A model generated the notes under the pieces. That model searched no databases and was not told the DNA's origin. It saw only the letters and a program-made list of their open reading frames with translations. A program made the position numbers and the translations under genes. 64,000 bases of DNA from Octopus sinensis (lineage: Eukaryota): the NCBI RefSeq assembly GCF_006345805.1, contig NC_043010.1, positions 31,496,001 through 31,560,000 on the forward strand, in the 5' to 3' direction. This document shows, in pieces, positions 52,943 through 61,906 of this stretch (position 1 is the stretch's first letter; every line of letters begins with the position of its first letter).

Positions 52943-55900
52943 ATATGCATATGATACAGCGGCGAGCTGGCAGAAACATTAGCACGCCGGGCGAAATGCT
53001 CAGTGGTATTTCGGCTGCTGTTATGTTCTGAGTTCATTTTTCGCTGTGGTTGACTTAGCCTTTCGTCCTTTCGGGGTCGATTAAATAAGTACCAGTTACA
53101 CGCTGGGGTCGATGTAATCGACTTAATCCCTTTGTCTGTCCCTGTTTGTCCCTCTATGTTTAGCTCCCTGTGGGCAATAAAGAAATAAATATATGCATAT
53201 GTGTGTATGTACATAGATATGTAGAAAGAATAGAAAAAAAAAAGTGGGACTGGAGATAGAAATTGGTAAAGAACCGATTACGTTAGCGAGGTAGATAGGG
53301 GTGTGATTTCATTTCATTATCAGCATACTTAAATTATTGTAGTAGTTGCAGTAAATTATTATCACATTAGTGTATCTGTCACAGCAGATATACTTTTTTC
53401 CAATTTTTAGCAATCTTGCAATTTTCATGAAATTAATTTTTTTTATGCCAACTATATCAACAGTATCCTTTTAAGAGCTTTTTACTTTTTAGAATGATAT
53501 GAGGGTATGGTAGGGCAAGGGACAGCATTAAGATAACTAACAAAATGAGGTAGTAAAGTCAACAAGAAGGATTTATTAGACAAATATGTGTCTTATATTA
53601 TCCACATTTTACTAAAAGAAAAAAAATACAAATCTGGAAAAATTTACTTGACAATAAGAACTATGATGCAGAAAATTCAAATGTTTGTAATTCATATTTA
53701 GTCTTCAGACTTTGATTTAATACAGTTCACTCACGCTACTTCTTTTAAAGGTCCTTCTTCCACATATCTTGTGGAATGTCCTCTTATTCTACACTTTTTC
53801 CACTCTGGTAGAGACTGTTTCCACTACTGATTCACTTCTTAATCACAGATCAACCATTTAAAGTATCTCTCAAACTCTCAATCTGGTATATCTTTCTCCT
53901 TAAATGTCTTGAATCTTCTGAACAATTTGTTATCTACTTCCAAACCTGATTCATCACACTGATGAAGTCTATTGCTCTCATTAACCTAGTAATTTGTGCA
54001 TGGTCAGTGTAATGCTGACCTAGTTTAGGTTTGTTCAAAGAAATAGATAAAACCAGTGTAAATGCTTTGGTAATGCTAACATTGATCTGATCTTTGTTAT
54101 TAAGGGTTCTCAGAATACTGGCTAACTGAGTGCCAAAAAATTTGAATATACTCTTAGCAGCTTATTTCATTCTTTAACCCTTTAGCATTCAGATTACTGT
54201 CAAAAGTAATACTTATGTATTCAAATTATTTTGAATTAATCTTGCATTATCTTGTAGCTTTGCAATTTTGATGAGGTAACTGTTAACTTTTCGAAATAAT
54301 AATTGTGGATTGGTGCGGGAGGCCGGATCTGGCCAGTTTGACCATAAAACAGGAAGAATACTTTGGCTGGATATGGCTGGTTTAAATGCTAAAGGGTTAA
54401 ACTTAATTTAATATGTACAAAACTACAGCATAATGAGCTCACAATATACTGGACTGATACTTCTAATGATCTTTTCAACATTATCATAGCAATATTTTTG
54501 ACCAAGATATGATAAAAAAACAAAGATTATATTAGTCTGATAATTAAGATGTTGATCAATTTCTTATATTCTGTACATGAGTGTGTTTGGAAACCATCAA
54601 TGAGAAATCAGCTCAATTTTTGCCTTAGAATTATAAAGAATGATATTGAATCATCATCATCATCTAGTACAAATAAAATTTAACCCTTTAGTGTTCAGAT
54701 TAATTTGTCAAATGTAATGCTTATCTGTTCACATTAATTTTGATTTATTCAGGTTCAAGTGGGGTGTCCACAATATTTACTTGTAACTTTGTTAATTTTC
54801 TACATAGAGCTTTGAAACTTTGTAAATGGGTACTTATATGCCAGTGGTTTATAATTACGTAATTTTAGCTGATCTTTCTGACTAAATTTGACTTTTATGG
54901 GCAGGTAAATTTAATTAACAGGTGTAAAAACAATAACATTATGAATAAACACTAAAATTCATATTCTTAATACATCTTACCTGTTTGGTTTGCTGCTAAA
55001 ATTATCCCAGATGCCAACGGCCAACAATTTTACATTTTTCAAGATGAGGTACATTAATTTGAATTAATTAAAATACAGGTGTAATCGGTACAAGATTTTA
55101 CTCTTTTTCTCTATTTCGTTCAAATGTCATCATTGAAAAGAAAGTACAAAACTCTTTTACTAGTCAATATACCATTGGCTATGCACTCTTATACAATTTA
55201 ATGAATTTATTCACGTAACAGGATGCATCTAATAAAAAAAATCTCATTAACAGGTGAGACAAAGGTGAATACAGGTGTGTAACATACTGAAAATTAATAT
55301 GTAGTTCTCACTTTCACATATTATATTATAAAATTAAAAGGAATATGCAAAATTATACATTTATGGCATATTTATGTCGTGAAATTGTCCAAAGCACCCT
55401 TTTACACAAGGGCACTTGGCAAAATGAACACATGTATGAAGTCTCGACCTGGTACCCTTTCGCAGTTTTTCTTTTTTGCTGCGAACACAGTCTGCAAACT
55501 TTTTTCCTTCCATTTATTTTTTCCACTTGATGAAAGTCAATATTTTCTCTGTTGACATCCACCTCAGTTAATTTTGCTTTTCTCCCAGTTCTGTGCTTTC
55601 TAGAAGAAAAGCCCTCACGTAACTGAGATGCGATGGCAACCCGAAATTTCAAGTGGTCGTAGTCTTTCGGTGGCGGAGGTACTTTGTGGCTTTTTACGTA
55701 TACAATGTGTGCATTTACTATTGTTAAATTAACTAAAAACCACAAAATGTACCTCCACCATTTCTTCCCAGGTCGACCAACTGGGTAATATGCCCGATAT
55801 TGGTCGGATTTGTCTACCCCACCCATATATTTGTTGTAACAAATATTCACGAGGGGTTTTCCCTCAGCCCCAACACCAGGTTGTTCGTTAGAAGACAGAA

Positions 55901-58900
55901 ATAAAATCTGTCTTTTGTCTTTAAATGCAGTAACTAATAAATTTTATTTTTGCATCTGCAAAATGTCCCCTCTTTTTTTCAATTTATTTTTTGTTTCATG
56001 GGGTAAACCTTTACGGTTTCCCATAACAGTGCTTACACGGGCAAGATTTTTAGCCAAAGCCACTGAAGAAAAAAAACGATCGAAATAGAGGTGTCGGTGC
56101 TGATGGTGAAAAGGTTGTGTAAGGGACCATACAACATCATGTCCCAATCCATGCGGTCTTTTCCCATTATACTTCTTACCTGTGTAAACATCGAAGTTTA
56201 CACAGTATCCTGTCTCCGATTCACAAACTTCCCATACCTTGATCCCCCTTTTAGTAGGTTTGGGAGGCATGTACTGCCGAAAATGTACTCTGCTCTTAAA
56301 TCCTATTATGGCTTCATCTACACTGAGATTTTTCCCAGGTAAATAAACAGTTTTATAATTATTTACAAGTAAATCTATCATGGGACGTACTTTGTACAGG
56401 GGATCGTAGTTTGGGTTGTTTTTGTTGGGGGCATTGGCAGAATCAGCTAAATGCAAATACTGAGATATTTTCGAATACCTTTGCTTCGACATGATGCTCG
56501 AAATATATAGGTCGCCATACCTTACATCGGGACTCCAATAGTTCCACAGTCGAGGAAGCTGTTTAACTCCAAACATAATGTTAATTGTAAAAAATGCTCT
56601 CATTTCCACAGTATTAGTTGTGCTGCCATAGTGGATCGTTTCTTCCTCGAACAGAAATTAAATGTTGCGCATATTTGTTCGTTTGCTCCGCAACATTTTC
56701 AAAAAAACTTTCAGGCAAAAATAAAAACAGATAGTCCAGTGGTTGAGCATCAGGAGGTAAATTGTGTTGTGGACCAGTGTTTTCTGTAAAATCAGAAATT
56801 GTGACTGGTGTCGTAATTTTTGACCATGTTGCCTTGCTTACACTATCGTTTTCATCACTTTCATTTTCTTCACTTTCGTTATCGAAATCTTCTTCGTCCG
56901 ACGAGTAATCACTGATATCAATATCAGATTCATCCGAAGTCAAAATACTTTTGTTTTCGTTGATATCTTCAATATCATCAATAGTAAAGCCTTCAAAGTC
57001 GGAATCGCTACTTGCTGATGCCATTTCTTTCACAACAAACGTATACAGTTCTCTTCAAATGTGGAAATAACCATGTGGTCTAAACAATTTCACAGTATTT
57101 ATACTTGAATAAAGGCGGGAAAGGCTTCATCTCGCATTATCTCAAAGCTACGAGAATTTAATAACGTGATTTGTTAATTTTTTCATCGATTTCGTAGAGT
57201 GATTGTTTACGGCCAGATTTGGCTGGTTTGAACATATAAAGGGGAATTAATTCTGGCCGGTTACGGCCGGTTTGAACACTAATTTATTTCAGAAGTCCCG
57301 TTCTGCAAAACTTACAATAAACTTTACATTTCAACATTCTGTTAGCAGTTTAATGGTACCATTTGAGTATTCTTTTTGTAAAAATAGCTACAAATGACTT
57401 CAACCATCCTATCATGACATTCTTCTTTCAAAATTACCGAAGAGATACATTGAATTTCTTTTGCTTACAAAGATTAATATATATACACCAGAGTTTGTAA
57501 TTTTCTTCCTTCTTGTATGGGCAGGCCTGTTTTATTACATTATAGAAAATAAGGGTAGAGGAACATTGCAAAGCTGTGATATGAGATATTGATAAATCGG
57601 TTATAGCTGATCATGTATGGAAAAATGGAGAGCGTCTCCCTCTGTGGGACGAAGTTAAAATAATAGACAGAGAACACCACTGGAAAATACGAAAACTAAA
57701 AGCAGCAGCATGTATGCTAGGACACAACAACCTCTTAAGCAGACCGAGTGCAGATATGAATAGTATATATGGGAACCGGTATTAAGGAAGGATAGGAAAA
57801 TATTAGATTTATAAGCCCTAAAATTCACACCATAATTGCTCATGGGCATATGGTGTAGTGGTTAAGAGTGCTGGCTACTAACCCCAAGATTCCGAGTTTG
57901 ATTCCAGGCAATGACCTGAATAATAATAATAACATTGAAAAATACCTTAGGAACGAGAACCCAGGTTCGAAATGTCCGCAAGACACCTGATGAAGGCTGG
58001 AGGGTATATCAGCGGAAATGTGTTAACAACAAACCAGATGAGGACAAATATCCATGAAATGTAAAATAATGTAAATGAAGGACATCTAGAGGTCAAAAGT
58101 GGATTCCTGACAAAAAATTTCAGTCAAAAAAACAGGTACCCACACTCTGCATCTCCATTTTTTGGAAGAATGCCCAAATCATTTACAAAAGTCTATGAAA
58201 AGGCCTTTTGCCCACTGTGCATGGATGTATTGTAAGAGTACTGTAATACTGCAATAGTCCTGGATACATCTATATGACTAGCATTGACATCTAATAGACT
58301 GTCATAGTCGGGAGGTGGGATGTTAGGGTGACAAAGGCTATGTGTGATGCAGAATGCTGGACAGATCACAGACTTATTCATGACAGCAAGCGAAGCTGGC
58401 AAACAAGTGACTAAACGTCAACAAAGGGCACAGTGTGAAATAGAACCTCAGCAAAAACCTGGGCAGCAAGTTGAGGCAACTCAATATTGGTACAAAGAGT
58501 GTAGAAGAATACTGGATGATGTTCAGTACATCTTCAATGTTTATTGCCCGTGTGCATCACAAAAATTATCTTCCTGTTTAACCTTCCTTTGATATTGCAA
58601 CAGCTTTTATGTGTCCATAGCTTACACCGGGTACATTGTATGGAGTTTCTACCTACGCCTTTTCTACAGATTGAGCAGGCTCATCTGCCTGAAGGGGTTT
58701 GTGATTTGATAGCCTTCCTACTTACTAAGACTTCAGTTTTTGCTAGGTTAACCCTAAGGCCCTTTGATTCTAGACATTGCTTCCACACCCTAAACTTCGT
58801 CATAAAAACAAAGTTAAAGTGTATGTGTTTGCCTGTGTATTCTTGAAGAAATCAGTGCTGTAAGATGTGAGGAGTATATATAGTGAGAGCTGAGAGTGGC

Positions 58901-61238
58901 TTATAAGGATTCATGAGAGAAAATCATTGAATATAAATATATAGTAGAGTGTTCATTAAACAAAAAAAAACTAGAGGTGACTTTTTTGAAATTCTGGATA
59001 TTACCCATTCACATTGCGAACTAGAAACCTCAATATAGTGGCTCAAACTCTTAAGAATAGCAGTCAATTCTCTCTCAATGTTAGCACTTTAAATAAAGAG
59101 GGATACATTAGACAATATAGTTCCTAATATGCATATTAATGTAATCACAAATATTTTAACACTTCCACTCACCATCAGAAATTACTTCACAGTTTCAATA
59201 ATTACAGATTTATTTATCAGTGAGATCTGTAATTAAATATTCTTAAGATTTGAGTGAAATGCTTCACATACAAACATGTATATACAGGATAAGGTTGAGT
59301 TTGTTCAAGTGTCTTAGATGTGAGAGGAATACATGAATATTGTTTTGTAAAATAGTCCAACCCATGTTTATATGGGAAGTCATTAAACTGATAATGATAG
59401 TAAGGTAGAGGTATTGCATACATGGTTACATGTATGCACAGATATACAGGAAAATGATTTTAAAAAAAACTAATTCCTTCTTCAGTGTTAACAATTTCAA
59501 GAAAACATAGTTGGGGATGCTGAAGAATATTGGATACAGGAGTGGTAAAGGGAAAAAGAGTAAGTCAACACCATGGTGGTTAACTGTCATTTGGACAGAC
59601 AACAATCTAATCTCCTTGTTTATTTTCTAATTAGGGAAGACTGGAGATAATAATCCTATCACAAACACACTGAACTTTCTATTGCCAACACAATTCCCAC
59701 TACTTAAATCCCTACTCAGACACATTCTTATATGCATCACCACTTAGAGACCATGACTAAAATAATCTTTAAGATAAGATAGATAGAGCAATTTCAGATC
59801 AAGAGGATAATACCAGCGCCATTTCCACCCCTACCCCTCTTAACAACAACTACAATCATACACCAGCACTACTCCCACCATCACCACTTCTACAAACAGT
59901 TACATGGAGTGGCAGTAATAGAGAGGTCAACAGTGGCTACTAATTAATCATGAGAACAGTTTAATTAGGGGAGTTGGGAAGGGGAAGGAGATGAGACTTG
60001 ATGCCCTTTAGCTCATCCTGTAGGTCAGGTCAATGAAGTTGACCCCATCTTCCTTGAAATATGTCTTAGGGAAAATAGTTTCTCTTCCTAAGAATACACC
60101 TACTCCCTCATTCCCCCGAACCTATTTCTTTACTTTTATCTCCACCATTTTAAAATCCAGTTTTTCATGCTTGCATGGATCAGACAGAATTTTTTGAAGC
60201 AGATATTCTATGGCTAACTTCACCTGTTTCCAAGCAAAGTAGCATTTCCCATGACCAGATATGTTTTCTCAGAAGATGAGAAATGAAGGGAGCCTCCTCT
60301 ATGACTGTGTCATTTGTTTACTACTGTTGCACAATGTCACAATTGTTTTTCTTTTCGTTTATCTGTCCTTCAATCTATTCTTCTCTTCCTCTCTATTATG
60401 CATATTCAATGTGGGGAAAAAATCACATTAACAAAACATGTTTGCTCATAGATATCTGAATCCCAGCAAATTGCAACATCTCTGGCAAAGCATTTGAAAA
60501 GTTAAGTAAATACAAGGACCTTGAAACAGATTTCCTGTGAGAGAACAAGTTCAAAAATCAAACTGATGCTGAAAGTACGTTTATTAGCCACAGTTGGAAG
60601 TAGTAATGTAAGCAACTGTGAACAAATGTCTTTCACATGGGTAGCACAGCATCTTTTTTCCTTGTTCTAAATGATCTCAGAATCCAACCAGTCACTCGTC
60701 TACACAATGTTGCTATCTTAGTAATGTGCACATATCTTAGTATCTTGCTATCTTAGTAATGTGCACATTGCTCATATGGATTCTGAGGTCATGCACTGAC
60801 CTTGACTTCAGGATTGCATAACATTCTGGTCCTGTTTATTCCAGTTGCAATCTGTTTATGGGCCTCTAGTAGAATGCTTGAAATTCTCAGCATTGTAATA
60901 GGATTGAACCCAATACCAAATGGTTGTGAACTTCTTAACCACTCAGCTTCGCTTGTGCCTATTAACCTTGTTATTTTGTCTTAATTGATCTTTTACAGGA
61001 TCTCCGGTTAAGTGATTACAACTCAAGCAGTGATGAAGGGGATCTTGTTGCGAATGACAACAATGTGATGGGATTCTCATTACCAACAAAAGACAAGAAA
61101 CACAAGCAAACAACAACAGAAGACCATTCTGCCTTAAAGAAGAAGAAGAAGATGTCAAAGAGAAAACCAAAAGTGATGATTGAATATGAGACAGAGCTTG
61201 AGCAACCTTCAACTTCCAAAGAGAAACTCAAGTATTGA
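16856..61238 (+). CDS. MAK16: MAK16 homolog (60S ribosome biogenesis factor), 10 coding exons, 336 aa
   Basis: Manual exon assembly gives [80 protein letters not shown]...[50 protein letters not shown]...[11 protein letters not shown]...[10 protein letters not shown]...KLKY*. This matches recognised MAK16 family motifs. All nine introns are GT..AG, phases join correctly, and exon lengths sum to 1011 nt. Confidence 0.97.
19066..19815 (-). mobile_element. RTE 3' UTR copy with an expanded ~60-bp tandem array
   Basis: Same RTE 3' end as 13920; unit ATGTGCCACCGACACAGGTGCCAGACGAGGCTGGC..ACGGCCACGCTCGGATGGTGTTTT repeated in two blocks. Confidence 0.9.
19855..20101. mobile_element. Tc1-type MITE, 247 bp
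   Basis: TIRs AAATTGTTGCCAAAAGTTTGGAACA / TGTTCCAAACTTTTGGTCACAACTG; TA on both flanks. Confidence 0.88.
21706..22649 (+). mobile_element. Internally deleted, degenerate mariner element with both TIRs
   Basis: TIRs TA-TAAGGATGAGCTGAAAAGTTCA / TGACCTTTCAACTAACCCTCA-TA; degenerate transposase IHADMVA.L.DD.PALS.VQK...LTINQIA...[11 protein letters not shown]...FEADPAGFL. Confidence 0.87.
23131..23177 (+). CDS. MAK16: MAK16 exon 2 ([15 protein letters not shown]+K)
   Basis: Acceptor TTATTTCAG, donor GTAAGT, 47 nt; contains the IW...FCSFK motif. Confidence 0.95.
23713..24133 (-). mobile_element. CORE-type tRNA-derived SINE (family B, OR1/OR2-like), near full length
   Basis: On the - strand: tRNA head AGGCGCAGGAGTGG...GGTTCCGGGTTCAGT, CORE-like GGCACCTTGGGCAAGT, internal (TG)n/(TA)n tract, 3' GGCCACAATCAAATGACTGAAAC. 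Other copies at 12966-13128, 28015-28152, 35951-36200, 46648-46913, 62085-62290 and 62466-62868. The family name is from memory and unverified. Confidence 0.85.
24787..25773. mobile_element. Non-autonomous DNA element with ~90-100-bp terminal inverted repeats, superfamily unassigned
   Basis: 24787-24874 (AGGGTCATTCCATGTCAAATC...AGGTCACCCCCTCAGATCCCCCTGAAAAAAATTCA..CTAGCTCCTGTACCT) is the inverse of 25679-25773. No clear TSD and no recognisable ORF. Confidence 0.8.
26050..26159 (+). CDS. MAK16: MAK16 exon 3 ([36 protein letters not shown])
   Basis: Acceptor TTGATAG, donor GTAAGT, 110 nt; contains the CRNE..TG.C....[10 protein letters not shown] signature. Confidence 0.97.
28190..28322 (+). 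CDS. MAK16: MAK16 exon 4 ([44 protein letters not shown])
   Basis: Acceptor TATTTTCAG, donor GTGAGT, 133 nt; contains the YLYMK.IERAAFP..WE motif. Confidence 0.97.
28895..29040 (-). mobile_element. RTE apurinic-endonuclease N-terminal fragment
   Basis: [17 protein letters not shown]...EHRYKFF, the typical D(V)CCVQE.RW motif. Confidence 0.8.
29624..29707 (+). CDS. MAK16: MAK16 exon 5 ([27 protein letters not shown])
   Basis: Acceptor TTTCATTTTAG, donor GTAAGT, 84 nt; contains KC..R...I.QYL.RMRKL. Confidence 0.95.
33152..33365. mobile_element. piggyBac-family MITE (older copy)
   Basis: Homologous along its length to 54178-54396, with decayed CCCTTTAGCATT / AATGCTAAAGGG ends. A third partial copy lies at about 25860-26000. 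Confidence 0.82.
34440..35567 (-). mobile_element. Degenerate Tc1/mariner-superfamily transposon (maT/DD37D-like)
   Basis: TDEKNF...MVM...VASDGKK...NGAPCHTS...[27 protein letters not shown], broken by frameshifts. Confidence 0.8.
35812..35866 (+). CDS. MAK16: MAK16 exon 6 ([18 protein letters not shown])
   Basis: Acceptor CACTTTCAG, donor GTGAGT, 55 nt; contains KLVPL...ERREKRRE. Confidence 0.97.
37270..37344 (+). CDS. MAK16: MAK16 exon 7 ([25 protein letters not shown])
   Basis: Acceptor TGTTTGCAG, donor GTGAGT, 75 nt, phase 0/0. Confidence 0.97.
39262..40035 (-). mobile_element. 3' fragment of an RLE-type non-LTR retrotransposon (R4/Dong-like)
   Basis: [11 protein letters not shown]..., [60 protein letters not shown]. 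This is the restriction-like endonuclease domain. Confidence 0.85.
41601..43276 (-). mobile_element. 5'-truncated RTE LINE (about 1.7 kb): RT motifs, Cys/His insert, C-terminus and 3' UTR
   Basis: LFIIVLQAI...WELLYADDL...[10 protein letters not shown]...(Cys-rich insert)...DSFRYLG...[34 protein letters not shown]...GRGRPRKTW. Confidence 0.93.
43274..43657 (+). mobile_element. Non-autonomous Helitron, 384 bp
   Basis: Starts TC after a host A and ends CTAG before a host T; hairpin CCCGAGCAACGCCGGG (43630-43645) 8 nt before CTAG; no TSD. Confidence 0.88.
46364..46546 (+). CDS. MAK16: MAK16 exon 8 ([12 protein letters not shown]... acidic tract ...KVKGEK)
   Basis: Acceptor TCTTGTCTTGCAG; Y..VYNFP motif followed by a poly-Glu/Asp tract. 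Donor AAG/GTAAAA keeps phase 0 with exon 9. The 3' boundary is slightly less certain than the others. Confidence 0.9.
47966..49315 (+). mobile_element. Internally deleted piggyBac derivative (1.35 kb) carrying a triplicated transposase fragment
   Basis: TTAA-CCCTTTCGATAC ... GTAACAAAAGGG-TTAA; remnants [12 protein letters not shown]...F.FYTGK...[16 protein letters not shown]...IFFDRF. Confidence 0.88.
49575..49755 (+). mobile_element. RTE RT fragment
   Basis: [16 protein letters not shown]...[17 protein letters not shown]. Confidence 0.8.
52314..52515 (-). mobile_element. tRNA-derived SINE family A, upstream of MAK16 exon 9
   Basis: Reverse complement shows head TGGCAGAAATGTTAGCA, B box TTCTGAGTTCAAATTC and the GCCTTTCGTCCTTTCAGGGTC..AAGTACCAG core. 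Confidence 0.85.
52777..52845 (+). CDS. MAK16: MAK16 exon 9 ([23 protein letters not shown])
   Basis: Acceptor TACTTAG, donor GTGAGT, 69 nt, phase 0/0; matches the EYV..D..EESDI.D.E motif. Confidence 0.92.
52959..53190 (+). mobile_element. tRNA-derived SINE family A, full length, downstream of MAK16 exon 9
   Basis: GGCGAGCTGGCAGAAACATTAGC (A box), GTTCTGAGTTCA (B box), conserved core, CAATAAAGAAATAAAT tail. Confidence 0.88.
54178..54396. mobile_element. piggyBac MITE, 219 bp, intact ends
   Basis: TTAA-CCCTTTAGCATT ... AATGCTAAAGGG-TTAA: perfect 12-bp TIRs with TTAA TSD. Confidence 0.93.
54684..57282 (-). mobile_element. Near-full-length piggyBac transposon (about 2.6 kb), antisense in MAK16 intron 9
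   Basis: TTAA-CCCTTTAGTGTTCA at the left end; matching TTTGAACACTAA at the right end with the terminal AGGG missing. Contains the PGBD4-like transposase pieces. Confidence 0.93.
55358..57033 (-). pseudogene. piggyBac (PGBD4-like) transposase, disrupted
   Basis: Acidic N-terminus, then LSVDE, YFDRFF and MGGVDKSDQ (the three catalytic Asp motifs), then a C-terminal Cys-rich domain. Lesions: frameshift near 56615, in-frame TAA at 55944-55946, extra base near 55400, probable short in-frame deletion before STVMGNRKG. Confidence 0.92.
57549..57795 (+). mobile_element. Penelope-like element GIY-YIG endonuclease C-terminal fragment
   Basis: [47 protein letters not shown]..., matching the R..EH...KS.IA.H.W....W..VKI.D.E.....R pattern; ends in SIWEPVL after a 2-nt shift. 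Confidence 0.8.
57844..57917 (+). mobile_element. tRNA-derived Pol III promoter head (SINE-like, not a functional tRNA)
   Basis: A box TGGTGTAGTGG (57851-57861), anticodon-loop-like CTACTAA, decayed B box GAGTTTGATTCC (57894-57905); arms poorly paired. Confidence 0.7.
57982..58024 (+). ncRNA. Degenerate type I hammerhead-ribozyme motif (Penelope type)
   Basis: GACAC-CTGATGA-A-GGCTG(loop)CAGCG-GAAA-T-GTGTT. Stem I and most of stem II are present; stem III is largely deleted. Confidence 0.55.
58540..58805 (-). mobile_element. RTE RT fragment including the Cys/His insert
   Basis: [24 protein letters not shown]...[26 protein letters not shown]; homologous to 42911-43200. Confidence 0.85.
60415..60530 (+). 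mobile_element. Short RLE (R4/Dong-like) endonuclease fragment
   Basis: [30 protein letters not shown], the typical C.LID.SIP.D.N...K..EKL.KYKDL motif. Confidence 0.65.
60999..61238 (+). CDS. MAK16: MAK16 exon 10, terminal coding exon (DLRL...[26 protein letters not shown])
   Basis: Acceptor ATCTTTTACAG; acidic segment, then Lys-rich NLS-like segment, then the conserved IEYE.E motif; TGA at 61236-61238. Confidence 0.95.
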   Translation, partial: DLRLSDYNSSSDEGDLVANDNNVMGFSLPTKDKKHKQTTTEDHSALKKKKKMSKRKPKVMIEYETELEQPSTSKEKLKY

Positions 61239-61596
61239 GGGGTGTATTGGAGAAGGGGGTGGACTACAGGAGTTGGATTTGGACAGTCTGTATTTTTGAT
61301 GAGAGTTCTGTGCGTGTGTTTTGTATGTCTGTCTGTCTGTCTGCCAGTATGTATGTGTTACTCTTCTACCTCAAGAGTATTGCCATATCAGTGATGTGTG
61401 TGGGAGGTGATTTACTGGATTATTTTCATGTAGGAGTGAGGAAGAACGAGTGGGATAAAGTGTGGTAATGTGGTGGGCATAGTTGGAGTGGGGTATGTAA
61501 ATGGGGAGGGGAGATAAGGCCGAATAGTGTGAATGAGAGGAGTTTAAGGGTAAATGTTGATGGTGAGGTAAAGTATGATGTGTAAATTAAATGAAA

Positions 61597-61602
61597 AATA
61601 AA
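61597..61602 (+). terminator. Probable MAK16 polyadenylation signal
   Basis: First AATAAA after the stop codon (about 360 nt downstream), followed by a GT/T-rich tract (TGTTTATCTGTTTTGTTT at about 61621). Confidence 0.65.
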
Positions 61603-61799
61603 ACTTGACTCTTTATATGATGTTTATCTGTTTTGTTTAGCTCATGTCTAGCTAGAGTTGAATAATTCTACTTGCTTGAGTCTGGCTGAAAATTGAGTTG
61701 CACTCAAATATTAATACATACATTTTTATTTTAAAGAATATATTTATTTTTAAAAGATTATTTACGTATATTTATTAATTTTATTATTGTAGTTAATTT

Positions 61800-61906
61800 T
61801 AACCTGATGAGTGGCTATATTTATATTGAAGTGATTTTACTACTACTACTACTAATATTTTTACTATAATCATTTCTTAAATATAGCCACGTAACACGTG
61901 TCGTTA
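61800..61906 (+). ncRNA. Minimal type I hammerhead-ribozyme motif with one core substitution (A13 to U)
   Basis: Stem I TAAC/GTTA; CTGATGA at 61804-61810; perfect 13-bp stem II (61811-61823 / 61878-61890); GTAA in place of GAAA; palindromic stem III ACACGTGT; GUC cleavage triplet ending at 61902. Confidence 0.75.

Noticed and set aside
53959-54018. Intronic C/D-box snoRNA (TGATGA...CTGA), plausible in a ribosome-biogenesis host gene
   Set aside because: The C box lacks the leading purine, there is no terminal stem, and I could not identify an rRNA-complementary guide. It would need snoscan or small-RNA data.
54684-57282. MAK16-piggyBac fusion (CSB-PGBD3-style exon trap) or domesticated gene
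   Set aside because: The transposase is antisense to MAK16 and carries frameshifts and an in-frame stop.
57844-57917. Functional tRNA gene
   Set aside because: The B box is mutated (GTTTGA), the acceptor and anticodon stems do not pair well, and there is no oligo-T terminator. Treated as a SINE-like head.
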